NCBI GenBank assembly: GCA_043779265.1
Contig: JAYWEM010000145.1
Location: forward strand, 1 to 17,963
Source: a bacterium
GTDB taxonomy: Bacteria > Eisenbacteria > RBG-16-71-46
Direction of reading: 5' to 3'
DNA length: 17,963 bases
Numbering within the stretch: the first letter of the stretch is position 1; the number at the start of each line of letters is the position of its first letter. Made by a program: the position numbers and the translations under genes. Shown here piece by piece: positions 1 to 8,215 of the stretch. The notes under the pieces were generated by a model. That model did no database searches. It was given only the letters and a program-made list of their open reading frames with translations, and was not told the origin of the DNA.

Positions 1-1
1 G

Positions 2-100
2 CTGATCGCGTCGATCGCGATGGAGAAGGAACTGCGCTTCGCCATCCGTGAGGGCGGCCGCACCGTCGGTGCCGGCGTCGTCACCGAGATCGTGGAGTAA
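2..100 (+). CDS. tuf: Elongation factor Tu, C-terminal fragment (5' truncated by window edge)
   Basis: Frame from position 2 reads [51 protein letters not shown] is the EF-Tu C-terminal signature, and it lies directly before rpsJ. Confidence 0.97.
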   Translation: MIASIAMEKELRFAIREGGRTVGAGVVTEIVE

Positions 101-102
101 CG

Positions 103-408
103 ATGATCCAGAAGATCCGAATCAAGCTGAAGTCCTACGATCACGCGACGCTGGATCAGTCGGCGGCCGAGATCGTGCGGACGGCGCGCCGGACCGGCGC
201 GGTGACTTGTGGGCCGGTGCCGCTGCCGACTCGCAGGACCGTGTACACGGTGCTTCGCAGCCCTCACGTCGACAAGAAGTCGCGGGAGCAGTTCGAGATC
301 CGCATCCACAAGCGGCTCATCGACATCCTGCGCTCGAGCGCGCAGACGATGGAAGCGCTCGAGAAGCTCGACATCCCAGCGGGTGTCGACATCGAGATCA
401 AGACTTAG
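103..408 (+). CDS. rpsJ: 30S ribosomal protein S10 (uS10/NusE)
   Basis: 101 aa; [46 protein letters not shown] upstream within the tuf end. Confidence 0.99.
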   Translation: MIQKIRIKLKSYDHATLDQSAAEIVRTARRTGAVTCGPVPLPTRRTVYTVLRSPHVDKKSREQFEIRIHKRLIDILRSSAQTMEALEKLDIPAGVDIEIKT

Positions 409-474
409 CACTCACTTCAAAGGGCTCGACGGCAGTGGGCGATCCGCTCGCTGTGCGCAGCCGAGGACACACGG

Positions 475-1098
475 ATGATCGGCCTGATCGGCAAGAAGGT
501 GGGGATGACGCAGCTCTTCGGTGAGAAGGGCGAGCTGATCCCCGTGACCGTGATCGAGGCAGGACCCTGCCCCATCACGGAAGTGCGCACGAAGCAGCGC
601 GACGGCTACACCGCCGTCCAGCTCGGCTTCGGCACGAACAAGGAGTCGCGCTTCACGCGTCCCGTCCTGGGGCAGTTCAAGAAGCGCAACCTCGTCCCGT
701 CGCGTCATCTGCGTGAGTTCCGCGTCAACGACGTGGAAGGCTTCGAGGTCGGTAAGGCGCTGGATGTGACTCTGTTCGAGAAGGGCACCTGGGTGGACGT
801 CGAAGGCGTCACCAAGGGTCGCGGCTTCCAGGGCGTCGTCAAGCGCCACGGCTTCGCCTCGGGTACGGCTTCGCACGGTCCGACGTTCGGCCGTGAGCCG
901 GGCTCGATCGGCTCGTCCGCGTACCCTTCGCGAGTCGTCAAGGGCAAGAAGTTGCCGGGACGCATGGGCGGCAAGACGCTGACCATCAAGCGACTCCTGG
1001 TCGTCGGTGTGGATGCAGAGCAGCGCATGCTGCTCGTCCGGGGCGCGATTCCGGGCCCGCCGAATGGCATCGTCTTCATCCTCAAGCGGGAAGGCTGA
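475..1098 (+). CDS. rplC: 50S ribosomal protein L3 (uL3)
   Basis: 207 aa; GLIGKKVGMTQ, PVTVIEAGPC, DGYTAVQLGF, TKGRGFQGVVKRHGF, PGSIG, PGRMG. Confidence 0.99.
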   Translation: MIGLIGKKVGMTQLFGEKGELIPVTVIEAGPCPITEVRTKQRDGYTAVQLGFGTNKESRFTRPVLGQFKKRNLVPSRHLREFRVNDVEGFEVGKALDVTLFEKGTWVDVEGVTKGRGFQGVVKRHGFASGTASHGPTFGREPGSIGSSAYPSRVVKGKKLPGRMGGKTLTIKRLLVVGVDAEQRMLLVRGAIPGPPNGIVFILKREG

Positions 1099-1100
1099 TC

Positions 1101-1730
1101 ATGAACGTCAAGCTCCATGGGCTCGACGGCACCGAGACGGGCACCATCGCCCTGTCGGACGAGCTGTTCGGTCAGCCGGTCCACGAGCATCTGCTCTGGC
1201 TCGCGGTCAAGCGCTACCTCGCGAATCAGCGCCAGGGCACCCACAAGGTGAAGTCCCGCGGCGAAGTCTCGGGCGGTGGCAGGAAGCCGTTCAAGCAGAA
1301 GGGCACGGGCCGTGCGCGCCAGGGCTCGAACACGTCGCCGCTCATGCCGGGTGGTGGTCGTGCGTTCGGTCCCAAGCCGCGTGACTACCGTCTCGAGATG
1401 CCAAAGCAGCAGCGCCGTGCGGCCCTGGTCTCAGCGCTCTCGCTGAAGGCCACACAGGACGCCATCGCGGTGATCGAGGGGATCGCGGTCGACGCGCTGC
1501 CCAAGACGTCCAAGGTCGCTGGGGTCCTCAAGACCGCCGGCCTGAGCGGACACAAGACCCTGATCGTCGTCGATCAGCAGAATGAGACGGTGTGGAAGTC
1601 CGTGCGCAACCTGCACAACGTGCGCACGGTGCTCGCCCACCAGCTCAACCCCTATGACCTCGTGCACTGCGAGCGGCTCCTCCTCACGAAGGACGGGCTC
1701 GCGCGCGTGGAGGAGGTGTTCGCGCAATGA
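1101..1730 (+). CDS. rplD: 50S ribosomal protein L4 (uL4)
   Basis: 209 aa; RQGTHKVKSRGEVSGGGRKPFKQKGTGRARQGS, FGPKPRDY. Confidence 0.99.
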   Translation: MNVKLHGLDGTETGTIALSDELFGQPVHEHLLWLAVKRYLANQRQGTHKVKSRGEVSGGGRKPFKQKGTGRARQGSNTSPLMPGGGRAFGPKPRDYRLEMPKQQRRAALVSALSLKATQDAIAVIEGIAVDALPKTSKVAGVLKTAGLSGHKTLIVVDQQNETVWKSVRNLHNVRTVLAHQLNPYDLVHCERLLLTKDGLARVEEVFAQ

Positions 1731-2020
1731 ACAAGGATGCTCGTTCCATCGTCCGTAAGGTGCTGCTGACCGAAAAGGGCACCACGCTGCGCGAGTTGCG
1801 AAATCAGTACTTCTTCGAGGTCGCATGCGATGCCAACAAGATCGAGATCAAGCGTGCGATCGAGACCATCTTCAACGTGAAGGTTGCAGCCGTCCAGACG
1901 ATGCAGTTGCGGGGTAAGGCCATGCGCCGTGGGCGCTGGGTCGGCCGTCGCAACGACTGGAAGAAGGCAATCGTGACGCTCAAGCCCGATCAGAAGATCG
2001 AGCTTTTCGAGCAGATCTAG
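1727..2020 (+). CDS. rplW: 50S ribosomal protein L23 (uL23)
   Basis: 97 aa; [33 protein letters not shown] overlap with rplD. Confidence 0.99.
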   Translation: MNKDARSIVRKVLLTEKGTTLRELRNQYFFEVACDANKIEIKRAIETIFNVKVAAVQTMQLRGKAMRRGRWVGRRNDWKKAIVTLKPDQKIELFEQI

Positions 2021-2033
2021 GCGAGGACGAACC

Positions 2034-2858
2034 ATGGGCCTCAAGAAATTCCGTCCGATCACTCCGACGCTCCGTCACACGGTGATGTCGGACTATGCGG
2101 AGCTCACTCGCAGCACGCCGGTCAAGTCGCTCACTGAGCGTCGACGCAAGTCCGGCGGGCGTAATAACTATGGTCACGTGTCGATGCGTTGGATCGGCGG
2201 TGGTCACAAGCAGCGCATCCGAATCGTCGACTTCCGTCGCGAGAAGGATGGCGTTCCTGCTCGGATTGCCAGCATCGAGTACGATCCGGGCCGCTCAGCG
2301 CGCATCGCGTTGCTGCATTACGGCGACGGCGAGAAGCGCTACATCGTGGCGCCGGACGGACTCAAGGTCGGTGACACCGTGCAGTCGGGGAGTGGTGCCG
2401 AGATCCGCATCGGCAACTGCCTCACGCTCAAGAGCATCCCGCTCGGTACCAACATCCACAACGTCGAGCTCTATCCGGGCCGTACCTCGCGCATCGCGCG
2501 CTCGGCCGGTGCCTTCTGCCAGCTGATGGCGAAGGAGGGCGACTACGCCCAGCTCCGCCTGCCTTCAGGTGAGGTGCGCAAGTTCCACATCAACTGCCGC
2601 GCCGTCATCGGCCAGGTGGGCAACCTCGATCACGAGAACAAGCAGCTGGGCAAGGCGGGCCGTTCCCGCTGGCTCGGCCGCAACCCGAGCGTTCGAGGCG
2701 TTGCGATGAACCCTGTCGACCATCCAATGGGTGGTGGTGAGGGCAAGACGTCCGGTGGGCGCCACCCGTGCTCGCCGTGGGGCAAGATCACCAAGGGTCT
2801 CAAGACCCGCCGCCGCAAGCTGAGCGACTCGCTCATCGTGCGTCGCCGGAAGAAGTAA
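2034..2858 (+). CDS. rplB: 50S ribosomal protein L2 (uL2)
   Basis: 274 aa; [40 protein letters not shown]. Confidence 0.99.
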   Translation: MGLKKFRPITPTLRHTVMSDYAELTRSTPVKSLTERRRKSGGRNNYGHVSMRWIGGGHKQRIRIVDFRREKDGVPARIASIEYDPGRSARIALLHYGDGEKRYIVAPDGLKVGDTVQSGSGAEIRIGNCLTLKSIPLGTNIHNVELYPGRTSRIARSAGAFCQLMAKEGDYAQLRLPSGEVRKFHINCRAVIGQVGNLDHENKQLGKAGRSRWLGRNPSVRGVAMNPVDHPMGGGEGKTSGGRHPCSPWGKITKGLKTRRRKLSDSLIVRRRKK

Positions 2859-2873
2859 GGGAGAGGACGAGAC

Positions 2874-3164
2874 ATGGCGCGTTCCATCAAGAAGGGGCCG
2901 TACGTCGTCGACTCCCTGGTCCGCAAGATCGAGACGCTCAATCGCAGCGGCGAGAAGCGCGTGCTCAAGACCTGGGCTCGGCGCTGCACGGTCCTGCCGG
3001 AGTTCGTCGGCCACACGCTGGCCGTGCATAACGGCAACAAGTTCATTCCGATCTACGTCACCGAGAACATGGTGGGTCACAAGCTCGGCGAGTTCGTGCC
3101 GACCCGCATGTTCCGTGGACATACCGAGAAGGCCGAAAAGGCCTCGATTCCGGGCAAGTCGTGA
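2874..3164 (+). CDS. rpsS: 30S ribosomal protein S19 (uS19)
   Basis: 96 aa; [32 protein letters not shown]. Confidence 0.99.
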   Translation: MARSIKKGPYVVDSLVRKIETLNRSGEKRVLKTWARRCTVLPEFVGHTLAVHNGNKFIPIYVTENMVGHKLGEFVPTRMFRGHTEKAEKASIPGKS

Positions 3165-3505
3165 TGGAATCCAGAGCCATTCAGCGCTTCGTGCGCATCA
3201 CGCCTCGTAAGTGCAATCAGGTCCTCGACCTGATTCGTGGCGCCAGCGTCGAGCAGGCGCAGACCACGTTGCAGTTCACGCCGAAGATGGCGGCTCGCAT
3301 CGTGCAGAAGGTGCTCAAGTCGGCTGTCGCCAACGCCCTCACCAAGGGCGATGGTAAGGTTCGGCTCGAGAGTCTGTATGTGAAGGAGGCGGTCGTGGGA
3401 GCTGGGCCGACGATGAAGCGTTGGCTGCCGCGTTCCCAGGGGCGCGCCACGCCGATTCTCAAGCGAACCAGCCACGTGAAGCTTACCGTGGCGACCCGGG
3501 AGTAG
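3164..3505 (+). CDS. rplV: 50S ribosomal protein L22 (uL22)
   Basis: RITPRK, KVLKSAVANA, GPTMKRWLPRSQGRA, KRTSH. Start placed at ATG 3164 (TGATG overlap with the rpsS stop); GTG 3161 is an alternative. Confidence 0.98.
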   Translation: MESRAIQRFVRITPRKCNQVLDLIRGASVEQAQTTLQFTPKMAARIVQKVLKSAVANALTKGDGKVRLESLYVKEAVVGAGPTMKRWLPRSQGRATPILKRTSHVKLTVATRE

Positions 3506-3508
3506 CGC

Positions 3509-4168
3509 ATGGGACAGAAAACCAATCCGATCGGTTTGCGCCTGGGGATCATCAAGACCTGGGATTCGCGCTGGTTCGCGAAGAAGGGCTACGCCGAGCT
3601 GCTGAAAGAGGACCTGCTGATCAAGCGGTACCTCAAGAAGCGCTTGTATCAGGCGGGCATCTCGAAGATCACCATCGAGCGCAAGGGTGAGAAGGTCACG
3701 ATCGGCATCAAGACCGCGCGTCCGGGTCTGGTGATCGGTCGCAAGGGGGAGCAGGTCGACAAGCTCTCCGAGGAGATGAAGGCGCTGACGCGCAAGCACG
3801 TGCAGCTGAACATCGAGGAGGTCAAGCGTGCCGACCTCGATTCGCAGCTCGTCGCTGAGCACATCGCCAAGCAGTTGGAGCAGCGCGTGTCGTTCCGCCG
3901 TGCCATGAAGAAGGCGATCGCCTCCTCCATGCGAGCCGGCGCCAAGGGGATCCGAATCTGCTGCACGGGTCGCCTCGGTGGGTCGGAGATGGCGCGCTAC
4001 GAGACGTATCGTGAGGGCCGGGTGCCTCTGCACACTCTGCGCGCGGATATCGATTTCGCGCGCGCGACCGCGATGACCCCCTGGGGCACATGCGGCGTGA
4101 AGGTGTGGATGTTCCACGGCGAAGTACTCGACAAGAAGGCGGCCGAACTGGCCGCAGTGGCGAAGTAG
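3509..4168 (+). CDS. rpsC: 30S ribosomal protein S3 (uS3)
   Basis: 219 aa; [46 protein letters not shown]. Confidence 0.99.
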   Translation: MGQKTNPIGLRLGIIKTWDSRWFAKKGYAELLKEDLLIKRYLKKRLYQAGISKITIERKGEKVTIGIKTARPGLVIGRKGEQVDKLSEEMKALTRKHVQLNIEEVKRADLDSQLVAEHIAKQLEQRVSFRRAMKKAIASSMRAGAKGIRICCTGRLGGSEMARYETYREGRVPLHTLRADIDFARATAMTPWGTCGVKVWMFHGEVLDKKAAELAAVAK

Positions 4169-4180
4169 GGGATCCCGACC

Positions 4181-4606
4181 ATGTTGATGCCGAAACGCGT
4201 CAAGTATCGCCGCGTGCATCGCGGCCACCGTCGGGGGCTGGCGCACCGTGGTTCGAGCATCGCCTTCGGCGAGTTCGGATTGCAGGCGCTGCAGCCCTGT
4301 TGGATGACGAGTCGCCAGATCGAGGCGGCGCGTGTCGCCATCACGCGCAGCATCAAGCGTGGCGGCAAGGTTTGGATCCGGATCTTCCCGGACAAGCCAG
4401 TGACGAAGAAGCCGGCCGAGACCCGAATGGGCAAGGGCAAGGGTTCGCCTGAGTTCTGGGTCGCGGTGATCAAGCCGGGCCGTATCCTGTTCGAGATCGA
4501 GGGCATCTCGCGCGACCTCGCACGGGCTGCGTTCCAACTCGGCGCGACCAAGCTGCCGGTGAAGACGCGATTCATCGAGCGCAGCGAGATCGTGGGAGGG
4601 GAGTGA
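4181..4606 (+). CDS. rplP: 50S ribosomal protein L16 (uL16)
   Basis: 141 aa; [39 protein letters not shown]. Confidence 0.99.
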   Translation: MLMPKRVKYRRVHRGHRRGLAHRGSSIAFGEFGLQALQPCWMTSRQIEAARVAITRSIKRGGKVWIRIFPDKPVTKKPAETRMGKGKGSPEFWVAVIKPGRILFEIEGISRDLARAAFQLGATKLPVKTRFIERSEIVGGE

Positions 4607-4607
4607 G

Positions 4608-4823
4608 ATGGATTCAACTCGTGTCAGGCCGCAGTCGGTTCGGGAGCTGACGCCCGACGACATCACGACGCGTGTGGCCGAGCTGCGCGAGGAGATGTTC
4701 AACCTCCGCTTCCGGAACGACATGAAGCAGCTCGATAACCCGCTCAAGATCCGTGAGAGCCGCCGCGAGATGGCGCGCCTTCTCACGGTACTGAAGGAGA
4801 AGGAGACCGCGGCGCGCCGTTAG
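4608..4823 (+). CDS. rpmC: 50S ribosomal protein L29 (uL29)
   Basis: 71 aa; [25 protein letters not shown]; canonical position between rplP and rpsQ. Confidence 0.96.
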   Translation: MDSTRVRPQSVRELTPDDITTRVAELREEMFNLRFRNDMKQLDNPLKIRESRREMARLLTVLKEKETAARR

Positions 4824-4845
4824 GCGCACGCGCTCCGGTCACACC

Positions 4846-5121
4846 ATGACGACTCTCGCAACGACAACGACTAGAAGCAATCGGAAGACGCGCATCGGTA
4901 AGGTGGTGAGCGACCGCATGGACAAGACCGTGGTCGTGTCCATTGAGCGGCTCGTGAAGCACCCGATCGTCGGTCGCTACGTGCGCCAGCGCTCAAAGTT
5001 CAAGGTCCACGATGAGAAGAACGAGTGCCGCACCGGCGACACGATCCGCTTCATGGAGACGCGGCCCGTGTCGAAGGACAAATGCTGGCGATTCGTCTCG
5101 TTCGTCGAACGGGCCAAGTGA
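4846..5121 (+). CDS. rpsQ: 30S ribosomal protein S17 (uS17)
   Basis: 91 aa; [33 protein letters not shown]. Confidence 0.99.
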   Translation: MTTLATTTTRSNRKTRIGKVVSDRMDKTVVVSIERLVKHPIVGRYVRQRSKFKVHDEKNECRTGDTIRFMETRPVSKDKCWRFVSFVERAK

Positions 5122-5127
5122 CGCCAC

Positions 5128-5136
5128 GGAGGTGAT
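5128..5136 (+). promoter_or_regulatory. Extended Shine-Dalgarno sequence of rplN
   Basis: GGAGGTGAT is a 9-nt complement of the canonical 16S 3' tail (AUCACCUCC) and lies just upstream of GTG 5140. Confidence 0.85.
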
Positions 5137-5139
5137 GTT

Positions 5140-5508
5140 GTGATCCAGCTCAGAACGATGGTCACCGTGGCGGACAACTCGGGCGCCAAGCGTGCCCAGT
5201 GCATCAAGGTCCTCGGTGGACACCACCGGCGCTACGGCCGGGTCGGCGATATCGTGGTCGTGTCCGTGAAGGATGCGATCCCGGGCGCCCAGGTGAAGAA
5301 GGGTGAAGTCGCGAAGGCGGTCGTCGTGCGCGCGGTGAAGGAGATCCGCCGCAAGGATGGTTCCTACATCCGGTTCGACGAGAACGCCGTCGTGCTGATC
5401 AACAATGAGAAAGAGCCCCGCGGCACGCGCATCTTCGGCCCCGTGGCCCGAGAGCTCCGCGAGAAGCAGTTCATGAAGATCATCTCGCTGGCGCCGGAGG
5501 TGATCTGA
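5140..5508 (+). CDS. rplN: 50S ribosomal protein L14 (uL14)
   Basis: 122 aa, GTG start; [43 protein letters not shown]. Confidence 0.99.
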   Translation: MIQLRTMVTVADNSGAKRAQCIKVLGGHHRRYGRVGDIVVVSVKDAIPGAQVKKGEVAKAVVVRAVKEIRRKDGSYIRFDENAVVLINNEKEPRGTRIFGPVARELREKQFMKIISLAPEVI

Positions 5509-5834
5509 TGGCTCAGAAGATCCGCAAGGGCGACACCGTCATCGTGATCGCCGGCAACGACAAGGGTAAGACCGGCCGCGTACTCTCGGTGAATCTCGAG
5601 AAGAACCGCGTGGTCGTCGAGAAGGTCAAGCTCGTCAAGCGCCACCAGCGCGCTCGTTCCGCGAACCAGGCGGGCGGCGTGGTGGAGAAGGAAGCGGCGA
5701 TCCACCTCTCGAACGTGATGCTGTACGACGCCAAGGCGGGCAAGGGTGTCCGCTGGGGCGTTCGTACCGCGAAGGACGGAAGCAAGGAGCGATTCTCGCG
5801 CACCACGGGTGAGCCGCTCACGAAGCAGGAGTAG
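5508..5834 (+). CDS. rplX: 50S ribosomal protein L24 (uL24)
   Basis: 108 aa; KOW motif KGDTVIVIAGNDKGKTG, EAAIHLSNV; TGATG overlap with rplN. Confidence 0.99.
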   Translation: MAQKIRKGDTVIVIAGNDKGKTGRVLSVNLEKNRVVVEKVKLVKRHQRARSANQAGGVVEKEAAIHLSNVMLYDAKAGKGVRWGVRTAKDGSKERFSRTTGEPLTKQE

Positions 5835-5852
5835 TCGGCCGCGCGATGCGCG

Positions 5853-5908
5853 CCGCACGCCGCCCCCGGCACCAGGGTCTTCGGGGCGGCGCGGACAGGA
5901 CCCTGGAG
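5853..5908 (+). promoter_or_regulatory. Putative cis-regulatory RNA (pseudoknot or alternative stems) overlapping the rplE ribosome-binding site
   Basis: Stem 1 is CGCCGCCCC 5858-5866 / GGGGCGGCG 5883-5891. Stem 2 is CCAGGGTCTT 5872-5881 / AGGACCCTGG 5897-5906. The stems interleave, and stem 2 covers the GG of GGAG 5905-5908. Function is inferred. Confidence 0.45.
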
Positions 5909-5917
5909 TGAGTGAAC

Positions 5918-6574
5918 ATGGCCACCAAGCAGAGCAAGAGTGTGGGCGCCAAGGCGCCGCAGGGCAGTGCCCGCAGTGGCGGCACGGTGACCTATGCGGT
6001 GACCGAGGGCCGTCCCGGCGGTCCGACCGCCGACCTCAACTACTCCAAGCACTATCATGAGAAGGCGCTGCCGGCCCTGATGGAGAAGTTCGGCTACAGC
6101 AGCGTCATGCAGGCGCCGCGCCTCAGCAAGATCGTCGTGAACATGGGCGTCGGCGACGCCGTGACGGACATCAAGAACATCGATATCGCGCTGAATGAGT
6201 TGGCCATCATCACCGGCCAGAAGCCGTCGGTACGGCGCTCCAAGAAGGCGATCTCGAACTTCAAGCTGCGTGCGGGCCTGCCGATCGGCGTGATGGTGAC
6301 GCTGCGTCGCGCCCGGATGTGGGAGTTCTACGATCGGCTGGTCACGGTCGCGGTGCCGCGTATCCGCGACTTCCGTGGTCTGTCCCAGCGGTCGTTCGAC
6401 GGTCGCGGCAACTACACCGTCGGTTTCACCGAGCAGATCATCTTCCCGGAGATCAACATCGAGAAGATCTCCAAAGTCCGTGGCATGGACGTGACCATCG
6501 TGACGTCCGCCAAGAACGACGAGGAAGGTCGTGAACTGCTGCGTCTGATGCAGTTCCCCTTCCGTCAGCGCTGA
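5918..6574 (+). CDS. rplE: 50S ribosomal protein L5 (uL5) with N-terminal extension
   Basis: [55 protein letters not shown] 5918 chosen because GGAG lies 9 nt upstream; GTG 5912 is the ORF-track start. Confidence 0.98.
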   Translation: MATKQSKSVGAKAPQGSARSGGTVTYAVTEGRPGGPTADLNYSKHYHEKALPALMEKFGYSSVMQAPRLSKIVVNMGVGDAVTDIKNIDIALNELAIITGQKPSVRRSKKAISNFKLRAGLPIGVMVTLRRARMWEFYDRLVTVAVPRIRDFRGLSQRSFDGRGNYTVGFTEQIIFPEINIEKISKVRGMDVTIVTSAKNDEEGRELLRLMQFPFRQR

Positions 6575-6590
6575 GTGCCCGGAGGCCATC

Positions 6591-6776
6591 GTGGCGAAGA
6601 AGTCGAAAGTGGAGAAGTGGAAGTTGACGCCGAAGTTCAAGGTGCGCGGTTACAACCGTTGTCACCGTTGCGGCCGGCCCCGCGCGTTTCTGCGCGATTT
6701 CGGGATGTGCCGTATCTGCTTCCGTGACCTGGCCCTTTCGGGCCAGATCCCGGGCGTCGTCAAGTCGAGCTGGTGA
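6591..6776 (+). CDS. rpsN: 30S ribosomal protein S14, short zinc-binding type
   Basis: 61 aa, GTG start with GGAGG upstream; CHRCGRPR...CRICFR zinc-finger motif, PGVVKSSW. Confidence 0.99.
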   Translation: MAKKSKVEKWKLTPKFKVRGYNRCHRCGRPRAFLRDFGMCRICFRDLALSGQIPGVVKSSW

Positions 6777-6887
6777 TTTCGTCGCCCCTCGGGGCGTGAG
6801 ACACACACCGCGCTCCTCTCCGCCTGCGGGCGGGGAGTGCGCACGAACCAGGCTGCAGCCCTCGGGCTGGACGCTGGTTCACGGAGG
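6777..6887 (+). promoter_or_regulatory. Structured rpsN-rpsH spacer: three tandem hairpins followed by the rpsH SD
   Basis: Hairpins at 6783-6796 (loop CTCG), 6809-6841 (loop TGCG) and 6845-6880 (loop CTCG); GGAGG at 6883-6887. Function unknown. Confidence 0.5.
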
Positions 6888-6892
6888 ATGAG

Positions 6893-7291
6893 ATGTCAGT
6901 CAGTGATCCTGTGGCGGACTACATCACCTGCATTCGCAACGCGATCCAGGCCGGACACCGCAAGGTGGACGTGCCCTCGTCGCAGATGAAGCAGGAGATC
7001 GCGAAGGTCCTTCTGCGCGAGCGGTTCATCAACAACTTCAAGGTCATCGAGGACACCCGTCAGGGTGTGCTGCGTGTCTATCTCAAGTACGCGGGTGAGA
7101 ATCAGAGCGTGATCACGGGCGTCAAGCGCGTGAGCAAGCCGGGCCGCCGGGTGTACGTGGGGAAGGACCGCATCCCGCGCGTCATGGGCGGGCTCGGGAT
7201 CACCGTGCTGTCCACCTCCCGTGGCATGATGACGGATCGTGAGGCCCGCGATGCGGGTCTCGGCGGCGAAGTCGTCTGCCAGGTCTGGTAG
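6893..7291 (+). CDS. rpsH: 30S ribosomal protein S8 (uS8)
   Basis: 132 aa; [44 protein letters not shown]. Confidence 0.99.
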   Translation: MSVSDPVADYITCIRNAIQAGHRKVDVPSSQMKQEIAKVLLRERFINNFKVIEDTRQGVLRVYLKYAGENQSVITGVKRVSKPGRRVYVGKDRIPRVMGGLGITVLSTSRGMMTDREARDAGLGGEVVCQVW

Positions 7292-7299
7292 GGGGCGCC

Positions 7300-7836
7300 A
7301 TGTCGAGAGTCGGTAAGCAGCCAGTCGCCATCCCCGCCGGGGTCAGCGTCGCCGTCGCCGATGGCGTCGTGCACGTCAAGGGCGCCAAGTTCGAACTGCA
7401 TCACGTCGTGCTGCCGGGAACGTCGGTTCAGGTCGACGGTTCCGAGGTGCGGGTGACAGCCGAGAAGATCACTCGTAATCCGATGTTCGGCACCATGCGC
7501 GCTCAGATCGCGAACATGGTGACCGGTGTCTCGACGGGGTTCAGCAAGGTGCTCGAGATCGTGGGCACCGGGTACCGCGCGCAGATGGACGGTCAGAAGC
7601 TGGTGCTCCAGCTCGGCTTCTCGCACCCCATCCACTTCGAGACGCCCGCCGGCATCACCATCAAGGTCGAGAGCCCGACGCGCCTGTCGATCAGTGGCGC
7701 GGACAAGGCACTCGTCGGTCAGGTCGCCGCGGACATCCGCGGGTTCCGTCCCCCCGAGCCGTACAAGGGCAAGGGCGTCAAATACGAAGGCGAGTACATC
7801 CGCCGTAAGGCCGGTAAGGCTGCGGGGTCTGCCTAA
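7300..7836 (+). CDS. rplF: 50S ribosomal protein L6 (uL6)
   Basis: 178 aa; [33 protein letters not shown]. Confidence 0.99.
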   Translation: MSRVGKQPVAIPAGVSVAVADGVVHVKGAKFELHHVVLPGTSVQVDGSEVRVTAEKITRNPMFGTMRAQIANMVTGVSTGFSKVLEIVGTGYRAQMDGQKLVLQLGFSHPIHFETPAGITIKVESPTRLSISGADKALVGQVAADIRGFRPPEPYKGKGVKYEGEYIRRKAGKAAGSA

Positions 7837-7837
7837 G

Positions 7838-8206
7838 ATGAGTAGCGGCCATCACAATAAGTACGAGCGGCGTCGGATTCGGCGCTATCGCATTCGCAAC
7901 AAGATCACCGGTGTCACCGAGCGTCCGCGTCTGTCCGTGTTCCGCAGTGCGGCGCACATCTACGCGCAGATCATCGACGATACGACGGGCCGTACGCTGG
8001 CGTACGCCTCGAGCCGTGACGAGATCGAGTCGCTCGTCGATGGCGCGGGGAACGTCGGAATCGCGGTCGGCGTCGGCAAGCTGCTCGCGCAGCGTGCCAT
8101 GACGGTGGGCGTGTCCAAGATCGCGTTCGATCGCGGTGGCTATCTCTACCATGGGCGCGTCAAAGCGCTCGCCGACGGCGCTCGCGCCGGCGGACTCGAG
8201 TTCTAG
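7838..8206 (+). CDS. rplR: 50S ribosomal protein L18 (uL18)
   Basis: 122 aa from ATG 7838 (the 3' part of track ORF 7526..8206); [43 protein letters not shown]. Confidence 0.98.
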   Translation: MSSGHHNKYERRRIRRYRIRNKITGVTERPRLSVFRSAAHIYAQIIDDTTGRTLAYASSRDEIESLVDGAGNVGIAVGVGKLLAQRAMTVGVSKIAFDRGGYLYHGRVKALADGARAGGLEF

Positions 8207-8215
8207 GAGGCACCT

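Noticed and set aside
48..524. 158-aa plus-strand ORF overlapping tuf, rpsJ and rplC
   Set aside because: Alternative frame over real genes with low-complexity R/A/D composition and no family motif.
3077..4786. 569-aa minus-strand ORF, and the similar antisense ORFs 5513..6640, 7778..8917, 9285..10766, 11075..12016, 12998..13783 and 14016..14735
   Set aside because: They lie antisense to unambiguous conserved genes and show no recognisable motifs. Long stop-free antisense frames are expected from GC-rich codon bias.
4846..4875. ACG/ACA/ACT triplet run at the start of rpsQ (MTTLATTTT)
   Set aside because: Imperfect, very short Thr-codon run in a variable N-terminus; not a credible phase-variable repeat.
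5878..5885. C(UUCG)G tetraloop hairpin in the rplX-rplE spacer
   Set aside because: Only about 2 bp of stem can form around it. The bases are better explained by the longer S1/S2 pairings.
5832..5917. Stop-codon read-through or frameshift fusing L24 to L5, stimulated by the downstream pseudoknot
   Set aside because: Read-through of the rplX TAG hits TGA at 5913-5915 and is out of frame with rplE. The rplE frame has its own TGA at 5909-5911, and no slippery heptamer is visible.
6777..6892. tRNA, riboswitch or intrinsic terminator in the larger spacers (also 12311-12434)
   Set aside because: No cloverleaf with a TTCGA T-loop, no riboswitch consensus I can recognise, and no U-tract after the stems.
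7526..7837. Apparent N-terminal extensions or fusions in the ORF track for L18 (7526), L30 (8565), Adk (10325) and L36 (12282)
   Set aside because: The extra parts overlap upstream genes in another frame or cover spacer DNA. Recognisable protein begins at ATG 7838, 8769, 10742 and 12435.
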